Notes: a model not told the origin generated them from the sequence alone. Numbered from the stretch's first letter, positions 30,900 to 40,872 are shown. The stretch is 64,000 nucleotides of DNA from Candidatus Saccharimonadota bacterium (GCA_018499905.2 JAHBAU020000007.1:11408-75407), one strand, 5' to 3'. Program-made: numbers and translations.

Positions 30900-31418
30900 A
30901 TGAAAAAAGACTTGTTGCTAATTATTGACCTGCAAAAGGGGTGGCGGCATCGGACGGCTACTGAAAAAGTGATGCAAAAGACAGTGCAACTCGCCCAGCG
31001 GTTTAAGGGTGATGTCATTCACAGTTGTTTTAAGAATGATCCCAAAAGCCTGTTTTATACGCAGCTTAACTGGTCGCGCTTTAGCGAACCACGAGACACC
31101 GATCAGATCCCGGAAATAGCTGAGCTAAAGCTGCCTATTTATTGGCGGAATACCTATAACTGCGTCACCGATGAAACACTGCCACTATTCAAAAAATACA
31201 AGCACATCTATATAGCAGGCGTGTTTACCGATATCAGTGTGCACGCCACTGCCCTATGCCTCTTTGATAATGGCATTCAAGTGAGTGTAGTTAAAGATGC
31301 CATATGCACACTCCATGGAAATGATGTACATTCGGTGTATCTAAAGTCCCTCGAGATGGCTCTGGATAGAAAACACGTGGTTACGAGTAAAAGCCTTCTG
31401 TCAAAATCGCCAGAGTAG
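30900..31418 (+). CDS. isochorismatase/cysteine hydrolase family protein
   Basis: LLIIDLQ, AGVFTDISV, DAICT; catalytic Cys position appears to be Ser. Confidence 0.8.
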   Translation: MKKDLLLIIDLQKGWRHRTATEKVMQKTVQLAQRFKGDVIHSCFKNDPKSLFYTQLNWSRFSEPRDTDQIPEIAELKLPIYWRNTYNCVTDETLPLFKKYKHIYIAGVFTDISVHATALCLFDNGIQVSVVKDAICTLHGNDVHSVYLKSLEMALDRKHVVTSKSLLSKSPE

Positions 31419-31419
31419 G

Positions 31420-32667
31420 CTACTCTTCCACCACCCCAATAAAAGAAGTGTTGGCATTTTCTGAAAGCAGGCTCGTAGCTTGTTTAGTGGAAGTATTATA
31501 CGAAGCTATCTGGAGGTTAGGATAATCACCGCTCTCGGTAATGACGAGGTCTTTGCTAAGGTAACCGACACGCTGTATGGTTTTCTCGGCATCGAACAGT
31601 ACTTTTTTATCGGCCAACGTATAGATCTTTGAACCGAGGGCGTAATAGCCAGTACCATCGTCGCCATAGCCTGTACCCCACACGTACAGATCTGCTTCTT
31701 CAAGCAGCTTTGTTGCTTTACCAATGGCCCGGTCATATACGAAGATTTCATAAGGCGGGCCGGCGCCTAGGCCTTCATCAGAAATAGCGCCAAGTGCGTA
31801 CACCAGCTCACTGCCATCCTGCTTCACGCCAACTGATAACAAGTACTGGTTGGTTGCTGTAACTACTTCCGTTTCCTGGTTAGCGAGTAAGTCGCGGCGG
31901 TAAAGTGGTACGCCGGTGTTGCCGTCACAATTAAAGCAGCCGGTTGTGTAGTATAGCTCCAGTTTGGCGCTGTCATAACTCGTTAAAAACACGCCGACTT
32001 TGTCTGACGTGAACAGGTCTTTGATCTGGGTGTCGGCCAAATTCAATTCTTTGACGGTGTTGACTCCATTCGTGCCGTACACAGCGAACAGTAACCGTTT
32101 TTGATCATGCGAGAATATGAGACTTGTAATCTGTTCTCCAAGAGCATCCCCAGTCCCTGCGTTGCCCGACCAAACTTTTTGGTACATCTTTCCACTATCT
32201 GAACTTAGCCACACCGATGGCCCGTTTTTGCCCTCAACGCTCAAAGCCACATATTGGCTTGCGGCTTGGTAACCGGTCAGGTAATCATCGACAGACAGCT
32301 TCAAGACGCTGACAGCCTTGCTACTGCCGTCAAGAGGCTTACGGTAAATCTCGTATTGGCTGTTATCATCTTTGCGCCCTGCGTACACAATAGCCGATGG
32401 TTTGGTTTCGCCAGATTGATTCTCGGAAATATAGCCAATTTTGTTTGAAGCAGTATTAGTGGTTTGTTGGACAGGTTCTGGATCCGCCTTTATTAAGGCA
32501 TACCAGACGCCAAAGCCCAGCCCGCCGGCGACCAGTAGTGAAACAATGGCAATGAGTGGCTTTTTGAGCCGGTTTGACCTTTGAACAGGTGAGATATTTG
32601 GGAAAGACTGGGGGCTTTCGGATTCTGGGGTGGTGTTTGTTGGCGGTTGTGACGAATTATCTTCCAT
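31420..32667 (-). CDS. membrane-anchored beta-propeller-like protein
   Basis: N-terminal TM then repetitive beta-strand pattern (TolB-like). Confidence 0.65.
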   Translation of the reverse strand: MEDNSSQPPTNTTPESESPQSFPNISPVQRSNRLKKPLIAIVSLLVAGGLGFGVWYALIKADPEPVQQTTNTASNKIGYISENQSGETKPSAIVYAGRKDDNSQYEIYRKPLDGSSKAVSVLKLSVDDYLTGYQAASQYVALSVEGKNGPSVWLSSDSGKMYQKVWSGNAGTGDALGEQITSLIFSHDQKRLLFAVYGTNGVNTVKELNLADTQIKDLFTSDKVGVFLTSYDSAKLELYYTTGCFNCDGNTGVPLYRRDLLANQETEVVTATNQYLLSVGVKQDGSELVYALGAISDEGLGAGPPYEIFVYDRAIGKATKLLEEADLYVWGTGYGDDGTGYYALGSKIYTLADKKVLFDAEKTIQRVGYLSKDLVITESGDYPNLQIASYNTSTKQATSLLSENANTSFIGVVEE

Positions 32668-32811
32668 ACTTAAAGTATAGGGCTGTAGCTGCCTTTTTAC
32701 TATTAATAAAGCAAACGGATCGTTGTACGAAATAGATAAACGTTAGCACAATTGACTAATGATGTAAAAATTGCTATAATAGTATTTGTAGCATGGTAAA
32801 ATAGACAGGCA

Positions 32812-35007
32812 ATGGCTAAAAAGAAAAAACGCAAGAGCTCTAAGAAGGAAATACCCGCCGAGAAGTCGCCGTTTTGGGCACAGGCTGGCGCCATTTTCTT
32901 GATGTTGTTTGGCATCTTCTTTTTGCTTGGCGTCTTTGGTACAGGTGGCAACTTGCCGGTCACCTTATACAGCGGCGCCTATGCGGCTCTTGGCTGGGCG
33001 GCTATTATGAGCCCGATCGCCTTATTCTACTTTGGAATTCTTAAATTTAAGAGCGAAGACCACCAAATTCCATTAAGCAAGTTTAGTAGCATGCTGGCAG
33101 CCCTTGGTTTCTCGGGGGCTTTCTTGCACACCATGTTTGCCGTTCAAGAAGCCGTTCCGGGCGGATTTGAAGGTGGTCACGGTGGCGCCATCGGCAGATT
33201 GTTTGGCAATGCAGCTCTTGGGATCTTGGACAAATGGCCAGCAAGTCTATTATTCCTGGTGTTTGCAACCGTTTCATATTTCTTTGCTTTTGGCATCTCG
33301 CTAAAAGTACTAACCAAGTTTTTGATTATTTTTCAGCGTCCGGAGCGTGAAGAGGATACCGACCTGGGTGCTCTCAAACAGCGGGCTACTGACAGCACTT
33401 TTAAATTGAACGAAGGTGTGCCAGTCGAGCACCATACTCCTGCCTCTCGGTTAAGTAGCATGAAGAACACGGCCGAAAAACAGCTAGCGCCAACGGAATC
33501 TCACCAAGCTTTGACCATTGCCAGCGACCCTGATTGGAAATTTCCAACTGTCAATCTCTTGAATCAAAAGCAGGATAAGGCTGATGCTGGTGACGTTGAG
33601 GGCAATGCCGAAACTATCAAAGAGACTTTTGCCAACTTCAGCATTAACGTCGAGATGGAAGGGGCCAATATCGGGCCACGTGTGACGCAGTACACTTTAA
33701 AGCCACCGGCAGGTGTCAAGTTGACCAAGATTGCCTCGCTAGACAACAACTTATCACTTGATCTAGCCGCCCAGTCTATCCGTATCGAAGCGCCGATTCC
33801 GGGCAAGCGAGCGGTTGGTATTGAAGTGCCAAATGTGAAGGCTGCGACGGTACGTATGGCGGGGATAATGACCAGTCCTGAATGGGCGGGCATCAGTAAT
33901 CCCTTAGGTTTTGCGATTGGACGCGATATCTCTGGTTCGCCAGTGGTAGGTGCGCTCGACAAAATGCCGCACCTTTTAGTAGCCGGTCAAACTAACTCTG
34001 GTAAGTCCGTTATGATCAACACCTTGCTGATCAGTATGCTGTACCGCAACAGCCCAAGTGATCTCAAACTCATTCTGGTGGATCCCAAGCACGTCGAATT
34101 ATCGCCATACAACGACATCCCTCATCTGCTAACTGAAGTGATAACTGAACCCGAAAAATGTATCAGCGCGCTTAAATGGGCCGTTGCCGAGATGGAGCGT
34201 CGCTATCGTACGCTGGCAGAAGCCAAGCAACGCAACATTGCCGACTACAATAGCCTGAAAAAAGACGAGGGTATGCCGTACATCGTGATTGTGATTGATG
34301 AGTTGGCTGATCTGATGATGATGGCAGCTCGCGATGTTGAGGCACTGATTGTTCGTATCGCCCAAAAGGCCCGGGCCGTCGGTATTCACCTGGTATTGGC
34401 CACGCAGCGTCCGTCAGTCGATGTCATTACCGGTCTGATCAAAGCTAACATTCCAGCTCGCATTGCCTTTACCGTTGCTAGCCAAGTTGATAGCCGAACT
34501 ATCATCGATCAAGTAGGTGCAGAAAAACTGCTCGGTATGGGTGACATGCTGTTTAGTACCGCTGACATGCCCAAGCCGCGCCGCGTCCAAGGTGCCTTAA
34601 TTACAACCGAAGAAATCCAGAAGGTTACTGACTATCTGCGTGAACAACGGGCGCCGCAATATGATGATGAAGTTGTGTCACAGCCTGTTCAGCTGGGTGG
34701 TGGCCGAGGCAATATGGTCACCGAAATCGACACAGACGATGAACCTCTCTTCAAAGACGCAGTACAAGTGGTGATTGATGCCGGCAAGGCCAGCACCAGC
34801 CTGTTACAACGTCGTTTGCGAATTGGTTATGGCAAAGCCGCCCGCATGATCGAAAATATGGAAGAACAGGGCATAGTTGGGCCGGCTGATGGCTCACGAC
34901 CGCGTGAAGTGCTGGTGCATTCACTCGATGAAGTTTTCGGCGGCGGCGGGACTGCAGCGAGCGCTGAACCCGATGCCTACGACGAAATCCCGGTTAACGA
35001 AGAATAG
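32812..35007 (+). CDS. ftsK: DNA translocase FtsK
   Basis: 4 TM N-terminus, AGQTNSGKS, IDELADL, LATQRPS, gamma domain LQRRLRIGY. Confidence 0.98.
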   Translation: MAKKKKRKSSKKEIPAEKSPFWAQAGAIFLMLFGIFFLLGVFGTGGNLPVTLYSGAYAALGWAAIMSPIALFYFGILKFKSEDHQIPLSKFSSMLAALGFSGAFLHTMFAVQEAVPGGFEGGHGGAIGRLFGNAALGILDKWPASLLFLVFATVSYFFAFGISLKVLTKFLIIFQRPEREEDTDLGALKQRATDSTFKLNEGVPVEHHTPASRLSSMKNTAEKQLAPTESHQALTIASDPDWKFPTVNLLNQKQDKADAGDVEGNAETIKETFANFSINVEMEGANIGPRVTQYTLKPPAGVKLTKIASLDNNLSLDLAAQSIRIEAPIPGKRAVGIEVPNVKAATVRMAGIMTSPEWAGISNPLGFAIGRDISGSPVVGALDKMPHLLVAGQTNSGKSVMINTLLISMLYRNSPSDLKLILVDPKHVELSPYNDIPHLLTEVITEPEKCISALKWAVAEMERRYRTLAEAKQRNIADYNSLKKDEGMPYIVIVIDELADLMMMAARDVEALIVRIAQKARAVGIHLVLATQRPSVDVITGLIKANIPARIAFTVASQVDSRTIIDQVGAEKLLGMGDMLFSTADMPKPRRVQGALITTEEIQKVTDYLREQRAPQYDDEVVSQPVQLGGGRGNMVTEIDTDDEPLFKDAVQVVIDAGKASTSLLQRRLRIGYGKAARMIENMEEQGIVGPADGSRPREVLVHSLDEVFGGGGTAASAEPDAYDEIPVNEE

Positions 35008-35062
35008 GCGTTAAGTTAATAAAGGTTGCTATTCAGCAGCGGGCCTGTTAACCTTCCCCCTT

Positions 35063-35776
35063 GTGCCTGGAATTTATAAAACAGTACCATTGAACGCAGA
35101 TTTGTCTGCTGAACTAATTGACCCGTGGGTTGAACGGTGGCGTTTTGCTGAAGCCGTCGCCAAAGACCCTGTGGCTATGGCCGCCATGAATCTTGGCCCT
35201 AACATCTCGCGGTTTGGAGAGACTGGCAAGGCGCTTTATTGTATGGATCAATTAGCAGAGTGGACGGATGTTGGCTTAGTTGCGGCTTCGTTTCTGGTTG
35301 AAGTGCCACTTGAAGTACCACCGACAGAAACCGAAAATGAAGAAGCGCAAAGACCACACATTGTAGGAATCGCCACTGCCGAACCAGATGCTTCGATTTC
35401 ATATCTCCCCAAAACCAGATCAAGGTGGCGGGATGTTGAAGCAGCGCAACCAATTACCAGAGTAGAAGCATGTGTGGTTGGGGATGATAAATTCAATAAG
35501 ATGCACGAGCTATTATCAAAAGTGGTTGCACGAGCGGCTGAAGTGTTTGTGGCAGATCCCGCTACTCCACCAGTCGAGTTCGTTGCCATATTACCCGATC
35601 AACTTTCTGACAAAAGCTATCCAGATGTGAGGGCGGGGATTGGCAGCGTGATACCTTTTCAGCTTGCCGCCGGCAACTATGCCTGGGCTGACAGAAAAAA
35701 ACGATTCAGCGGCAGAACGTCTGTGCTTGGCAGCAGCTACAAACTACTTGGTAGCGGGCTTGACCAACAGAGGTAA
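35063..35776 (+). CDS. hypothetical protein
   Basis: 237-aa ORF with GTG start. Confidence 0.6.
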   Translation: MPGIYKTVPLNADLSAELIDPWVERWRFAEAVAKDPVAMAAMNLGPNISRFGETGKALYCMDQLAEWTDVGLVAASFLVEVPLEVPPTETENEEAQRPHIVGIATAEPDASISYLPKTRSRWRDVEAAQPITRVEACVVGDDKFNKMHELLSKVVARAAEVFVADPATPPVEFVAILPDQLSDKSYPDVRAGIGSVIPFQLAAGNYAWADRKKRFSGRTSVLGSSYKLLGSGLDQQR

Positions 35777-35808
35777 TTAGGGTAGAATACAGCGGCAATA
35801 TCAATTTC

Positions 35809-35836
35809 AGTTCGCATCCTCTAGGGAGTGCGGGCT
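35809..35836 (+). promoter_or_regulatory. hairpin in rpsF leader (possible S6:S18 autoregulatory element)
   Basis: AGTTCGCATCC...GGAGTGCGGGCT stem shortly before the rpsF SD. Confidence 0.35.
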
Positions 35837-35858
35837 TTAACCAAAGGAAGGAGAGCAC

Positions 35859-36251
35859 ATGGTTTCTCAGTATGAAGTTGCTGTGTTATACCATCCCGAT
35901 CTGGAAGCAGATTTGGACAAGGCGACAACCAAGATCGAAAAGTTGTTTAAAGACAACGGCGGTAAGGTTGTAAACACCGATAACTGGGGCAAGCGCAAGT
36001 TGGCGTATACCATTAAGAAACAAGATTATGGTATCTATGTTTTTTATACGGTTGATATGCCCGGCGAAAACGTTGCCAAGCTGGAATCAAGCCTCAATAT
36101 CACTGACGAAGTGATCCGGTTCTTGATTACCAAGCCAGACCTGAAGGCTATCGCCAAAGCCGAAGCTGCCAAAGCCGACAAGGCCAAAAAAGCAGCCGAG
36201 CGCGGCGAAAAGTCATCTGATGATGAATCAGACGACGGTGAAGAAGAGTAA
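35859..36251 (+). CDS. rpsF: 30S ribosomal protein S6
   Basis: YEV...WGKRKLAYTIKK...VIRFLI. Confidence 0.98.
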   Translation: MVSQYEVAVLYHPDLEADLDKATTKIEKLFKDNGGKVVNTDNWGKRKLAYTIKKQDYGIYVFYTVDMPGENVAKLESSLNITDEVIRFLITKPDLKAIAKAEAAKADKAKKAAERGEKSSDDESDDGEEE

Positions 36252-36367
36252 AATATTAATAGTTTGTGAAAACAAAAAAGCTTATGCTTGACGACAGTCT
36301 GGCAGGAGCAGTACGGTGGAAGTACAAATTAATCTAAGACATATGTCTTATAAGGAGGGAGCCATCT

Positions 36368-36853
36368 ATGGCACGATCATTTAACCAAGTAATTTTAATG
36401 GGTAACCTGACCCGCGATCCGGAACTCAGGCAAATCCCCAGCGGCCAAAGCGTCTGTAGCTTTAGCTTAGCGCTCAACCGCAGTTACAAAGGATCTGATG
36501 GCCAATGGCAAGAGGCAACCGACTTCGTTGATGTTGTTGCCTGGGGCCCCTTGGGCGAGCGCATTGCCCAATACGTCACCAAAGGCCGACCGGTGTTAGT
36601 GAACGGACGCCTGCAAAGCCGCAGTTGGGAACAAGATGGTCAGAAGCGCAGCAAGCTAGAGGTTGTCGCGCAGGATGTCACATTCTTAGGTGGCCGTGGA
36701 GGCGGTGGTGAGGGCGAAGACGGTGGCTACCAAGCACCCGTTTCAGCCGAAGCGTCTAGCAAGCCAAAGCCAAGCAAGGGCGCCAAGAAGGACGAGGTTG
36801 AGATTGAGGATATTGGCAATGAGCCTATTAACCTCGACGACATACCTTTTTAA
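36368..36853 (+). CDS. ssb: single-stranded DNA-binding protein
   Basis: NQVILMGNLTRDPELR; DDIPF C-terminus. Confidence 0.99.
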   Translation: MARSFNQVILMGNLTRDPELRQIPSGQSVCSFSLALNRSYKGSDGQWQEATDFVDVVAWGPLGERIAQYVTKGRPVLVNGRLQSRSWEQDGQKRSKLEVVAQDVTFLGGRGGGGEGEDGGYQAPVSAEASSKPKPSKGAKKDEVEIEDIGNEPINLDDIPF

Positions 36854-36976
36854 CAAATTTATGGCTGCACATTTTGGGCGAAAGCCTGCGTCAAAAGTTC
36901 TCACCGTATATTAAATACGGCTCAAACTTTGTGCTCGGCTTTCATCCCAAACTGCACTAGCCAAAATTCGTTAAAA
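36848..36976. repeat. long imperfect palindrome (REP/MITE-like)
   Basis: nested complementary blocks TTTTAAC/GTTAAAA, TGGCT/AGCCA, TTTGGG/CCCAAA, GAAAGCC/GGCTTTC, AAAGTT/AACTTT, CCGTAT/ATACGG. Confidence 0.75.
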
Positions 36977-37023
36977 CTGACACGGGATTGGGCTTGAAGG
37001 AAGCTCAATAAAATATAGACAAC

Positions 37024-37437
37024 ATGAGCAAATCATACGAATTCACTGATTTACGTTTTGCAGGGTTTGTTGTACCGCCAAGTGAGACCTTTGCAGACAC
37101 TATGCGGCTCGAGTATGGGTGGACAACACCTGGCCCAGAAATGCAGCGTGCGGTACCGTATCTAGCAGTAAGTGACGGGGCTGAGGCGCATATTGATGCA
37201 ATGCAAGCGTTTGTTACAAAGACTGTGGAGTACTTTGGGCTCGACGCTCAATCACAGCCGACAATCAACGAAGTACAGGCGTATGTAGCCGACTATGACA
37301 ACCAAGTAGGTGTTGGAGTCTATACTTTCTTGGACGAAGTGGCGATGGTGGCGCATAGATACCTTATTGGTGAAGGAGATGACTATAGGCTTCTCGGAGA
37401 ATTAGCAGACAGAGATAGGCATAGAATATTAGTGTAA
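37024..37437 (+). CDS. hypothetical protein between ssb and rpsR
   Basis: 137-aa ORF. Confidence 0.6.
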   Translation: MSKSYEFTDLRFAGFVVPPSETFADTMRLEYGWTTPGPEMQRAVPYLAVSDGAEAHIDAMQAFVTKTVEYFGLDAQSQPTINEVQAYVADYDNQVGVGVYTFLDEVAMVAHRYLIGEGDDYRLLGELADRDRHRILV

Positions 37438-37455
37438 GATTTTTAGGAGATAACA

Positions 37456-37659
37456 ATGGCGAAGATTTTTAAACACCGGACAGATGTTGCTTATTTTGAC
37501 TACAAGGACTACAAGACCTTGCAGCGATACGTAAATGTCTACGGACAAATTGAAACCCGCAAAAAGACCGGCCTGACCGAGAGTCAGCAGCGTCATTTGG
37601 CACGAGCTATCAAGCGAGCACGGCACATTGCATTGCTAGCGTTTGTGGCCACGAACTAA
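37456..37659 (+). CDS. rpsR: 30S ribosomal protein S18
   Basis: FDYKD...GQIETRKKTG...AIKRARHIALL. Confidence 0.97.
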   Translation: MAKIFKHRTDVAYFDYKDYKTLQRYVNVYGQIETRKKTGLTESQQRHLARAIKRARHIALLAFVATN

Positions 37660-37730
37660 AGAGTAATAATTCTTCCACTATGGCACCTGAGCAGGGTGTA
37701 TCATGGTAGAATTAAGGTGTAAAAGAGGAT

Positions 37731-38051
37731 TTGGATATGTCTGATGACCCACTATACGATCCATTGCACAAGCAAGCGATCCAGCTAGATCACAAAGTGC
37801 GGGATTTCATTGGCGGTGATCATTCGCACCCGAGTGCTTCTATGCTGCAGCGCGAAGTTCGCCAGTTACAAGAAGACTTTGAGATGCGTAAACACCCCCG
37901 GACAATTGAAGGTCGAATCAAAACCATCCAAAACCAGTTGCGTCAGTCGCAGAATTTATCAAACTCATACATGAACTATAACGAGTTTGATTACCTGCAC
38001 GACACGTTTGAAGATATGCGTATGAATTTACGCAAACTCAGAAATTACTAG
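37731..38051 (+). CDS. hypothetical helical protein
   Basis: 106-aa ORF with AGAGGA SD. Confidence 0.65.
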   Translation: MDMSDDPLYDPLHKQAIQLDHKVRDFIGGDHSHPSASMLQREVRQLQEDFEMRKHPRTIEGRIKTIQNQLRQSQNLSNSYMNYNEFDYLHDTFEDMRMNLRKLRNY

Positions 38052-38114
38052 CCGACGGCGTAATTTTGATCTAAAGAAGATAATGGTAATTGTTGTCTAA
38101 AGAGGAAGTGTGTA

Positions 38115-38681
38115 ATGGCTTTTGGTATAACTGATTTACGAAAAGGGGCGATTTATCAGCAGGACGGCGTGCCGTATAAGGTGCTGGAATATTCGCAAAA
38201 AGTGATGGGCCGCGGCGGCTCAATTGTGAGTGTTAAGGTCAAGAGCCTGATTGACGGCAAAGTCCTGGACCGCACCTACAAGGGCAACGAACAGATTGAG
38301 TATGCCGATGTAGCTAATAAGAATGTGCAGTACCTCTACAAAGATGGTGACATTTTCCATTTTATGGATCAGGACACCTACGAGCAATTCGAAGTTAATT
38401 CCGACATTGTTGGTGATGGTGCAGGCTATCTAAAAGAGGGCGACGAAGTACAGGCTCAGCTGTTCAACGGTCAGGTTATGAATATTGAGCTGGCCAAAAA
38501 CGTACCGCTGCTTGTGACCTACACCGAAAATGCTGTAAAAGGTGATACTTCCAGCAGCATCACCAAAGACGCCACGCTAGAAACCGGTATTTCTATCCGT
38601 GTCCCCGCCTTTATAAAACAAGGCGACCTCATCAGCGTCAACACCGAAGACGGCACCTACCGCGAACGCGTAAGAGGCTAA
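38115..38681 (+). CDS. efp: elongation factor P
   Basis: KVMGRGGS loop, VKGDT, ATLETG, VPAFI, G.YRER. Confidence 0.97.
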   Translation: MAFGITDLRKGAIYQQDGVPYKVLEYSQKVMGRGGSIVSVKVKSLIDGKVLDRTYKGNEQIEYADVANKNVQYLYKDGDIFHFMDQDTYEQFEVNSDIVGDGAGYLKEGDEVQAQLFNGQVMNIELAKNVPLLVTYTENAVKGDTSSSITKDATLETGISIRVPAFIKQGDLISVNTEDGTYRERVRG

Positions 38682-38684
38682 AAA

Positions 38685-39071
38685 ATGGCCGGCGTGGTAT
38701 TCGACCCATTTGAAGGTCTCACTCCATTATTCCCAGAACTGCTACAGTTGGAGCGCACGTCAGTTAACTCATTTGATGCAATTGATTGTTTGGGCATGGT
38801 AGGCCTCGATACGGAACTAGAATCTAGAGTTGTCGCGGAGCTATTTTTTGCTCAACGAGCTGGAGTTGAGGTTCCTGATTGGCATATTTCCGAACCACTT
38901 CCACAGTCCGTTGTCTGCGACCCAAAAGCTGATGGGCTGGTCAACGCCGTGGGTCGGCTGGATCAATGGCATGATTCGTGGAATTCACGTCCTCCCGACT
39001 CAATTTGCGGAGATGAAAGCCTAGCCCGTAAGTGTCTAAAGGTATGCATTAACTTGACCGACCTCCCTTAA
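38685..39071 (+). CDS. hypothetical protein
   Basis: 128-aa ORF 3 nt after efp. Confidence 0.55.
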   Translation: MAGVVFDPFEGLTPLFPELLQLERTSVNSFDAIDCLGMVGLDTELESRVVAELFFAQRAGVEVPDWHISEPLPQSVVCDPKADGLVNAVGRLDQWHDSWNSRPPDSICGDESLARKCLKVCINLTDLP

Positions 39072-39212
39072 AGGCCTTGTAGCTACAAACAAAGCCAACA
39101 ACAAAAATGACATCTACCGTGCAGATGTCAAATAATCAACAAATGAAGAATTAGTCTTTCCAAAAACATCACCGCAGTTTAGTATTTGTAGCAAATATAT
39201 GAGGTCGCCGAC

Positions 39213-39911
39213 GTGCGAGAATTAGTTGATGCTGTGGTGGTTGACTGGGAGCCTGCGCAATGGCAAAAAAATCAACGACGTAAAGTCAGCTCTGTTGTGG
39301 TGCCCGCTCTTTTTGATGCTCAAGCTTACTTAAGAGAAGTTCTAGAAATCCAGCCCCCGCCAGCACGTCTAGTACCGTACCTTGCGCCCTTAGCTAGTGC
39401 AGAATTTGCCCATAGTATTTCGGCAACTGAGATGTGGCTGCACGTAACCGGCTCCGAGGTTGATCATTACCGGAAGCTCGCGAGACGCTCTGACGAGATT
39501 ACGGGTCAGATGGTGCACGAGATGGTTCATTGTGTGATGTTTGGTCAGAATAGAGACAATACTTTGCTTGAAAAGGCAGCAGGCGAGGGGGTGGCCTATG
39601 TTGCCCAGGCCTATGTTTGCCATGAAATGCTAGACGTTCCATTGGATCAAACGCTCTTGGGCGTCCCGGTTGATGCCGAAGATTTACTCGAGGGATTTTA
39701 TCAATGTCCACATCTGGAAGTTGATCTCGCAACTGAAGACAAAGGCGTCCAGGCTGCATTTAAAGAATGGATAACGGGTGATGTGTACCCTGGAACTTAC
39801 ATAGGGTATGGTGAGGCTTTAGGGGTGGCGTGTGTTCGTTCCTGGGTCCAGGACTATGGTTACGATCTGGCAACAATTATTCAGTGGCCAGCCGAAAAAA
39901 TTATCTCCTGA
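39213..39911 (+). CDS. putative Zn-dependent protease (gluzincin/DUF2268-like)
   Basis: HEMVH followed by GEGVA and GY..G. Confidence 0.65.
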   Translation: MRELVDAVVVDWEPAQWQKNQRRKVSSVVVPALFDAQAYLREVLEIQPPPARLVPYLAPLASAEFAHSISATEMWLHVTGSEVDHYRKLARRSDEITGQMVHEMVHCVMFGQNRDNTLLEKAAGEGVAYVAQAYVCHEMLDVPLDQTLLGVPVDAEDLLEGFYQCPHLEVDLATEDKGVQAAFKEWITGDVYPGTYIGYGEALGVACVRSWVQDYGYDLATIIQWPAEKIIS

Positions 39912-39972
39912 ACTATTGAAAAGAATAAAGCACTGTGTTGAGTTTTGGGGCGTTCAACACTGTCTCTGAAAT

Positions 39973-40707
39973 GTGAGACAATCTAAGCTAATGTACAATC
40001 GTTTAGACAAATTTTTATTCCAGAGAGAATTGGTAGCGACGCGGTCGCAGGCGGAGTCTTATATTCGGTTGGGCCAGGTGACGGTTAACGGCAAAGTTGT
40101 AACCAAGCCCGGGCACGAGGTGCGTGACAATGATACGGTCAAGTTGCTGGCAAAAGAACAGTATGTCTCTCGGGCTGGGCTAAAGCTGGCATCGGTTGCG
40201 CAAAAGCTGGCGCTCGATTTTAGGGACAAAGTGGTGCTGGATGTTGGTAGCAGTACAGGTGGATTCACCGAATACGCCATTACGCATGGTGCCGCCAAAG
40301 TCTATGCCGTTGATGTCGGCACCGAACAGTTGCATCCCTCCCTTCGGTCAAACCCCAAAATTGAACTGCACGAGCAAACCGATATCCGTGATTTTAAGCC
40401 AGCAGACATTCCTGACATTGTGGTGATGGACGTTTCATTTATTAGTCTTCGCGAAATCCTGCCGCACATTGCTAAAGTTTCCGGCAAAGACACCCACATA
40501 ATTGCCATGCTCAAACCGCAGTTCGAAGCTGGCCGCGACCAAGTGAACAAAGGCATCATAAAAAACGATCGTGTCCGCCGCCAAATCCTCAAAGATTTTG
40601 AGACCTGGGCCATGCAATACTTTGTTATCCGTGATAAACACGACTCCGAAGTCGCCGGCACCAAAGGCAACCTCGAGCGATTCTATCTCTTAAAGAAACT
40701 AAACTAG
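39973..40707 (+). CDS. tlyA: TlyA-family rRNA methyltransferase
   Basis: S4 domain, YVSRAGLKL, LDVGSSTGGFT, DVSFIS, KPQFE; start uncertain. Confidence 0.96.
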   Translation: MRQSKLMYNRLDKFLFQRELVATRSQAESYIRLGQVTVNGKVVTKPGHEVRDNDTVKLLAKEQYVSRAGLKLASVAQKLALDFRDKVVLDVGSSTGGFTEYAITHGAAKVYAVDVGTEQLHPSLRSNPKIELHEQTDIRDFKPADIPDIVVMDVSFISLREILPHIAKVSGKDTHIIAMLKPQFEAGRDQVNKGIIKNDRVRRQILKDFETWAMQYFVIRDKHDSEVAGTKGNLERFYLLKKLN

Positions 40708-40718
40708 TACTGTCTTGG

Positions 40719-40869
40719 CTCGTTTCGCACCTTACAGTCTGGAACTGGCGTGCGCGCCGGTATATGTATGTCGTAAGATACGCAAGCGTATTTACGACAT
40801 ACATATACCGGCCCAACCCTAAGTTTCATCTATCGCTTAGCAACAGAAGCGGAGAGGGTGCGAAACGAG
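40719..40869. repeat. structured palindromic element between convergent genes (MITE/REP-like)
   Basis: 13-bp terminal inverted repeats CTCGTTTCGCACC/GGTGCGAAACGAG enclosing a 21-bp perfect stem (40756-40812). Confidence 0.8.
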
Positions 40870-40872
40870 GGT

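Noticed and set aside
39108..39130. TGACATCT/AGATGTCA hairpin as a terminator
   Set aside because: The U-tract is on the minus strand while both neighbours are on plus; no role can be assigned.
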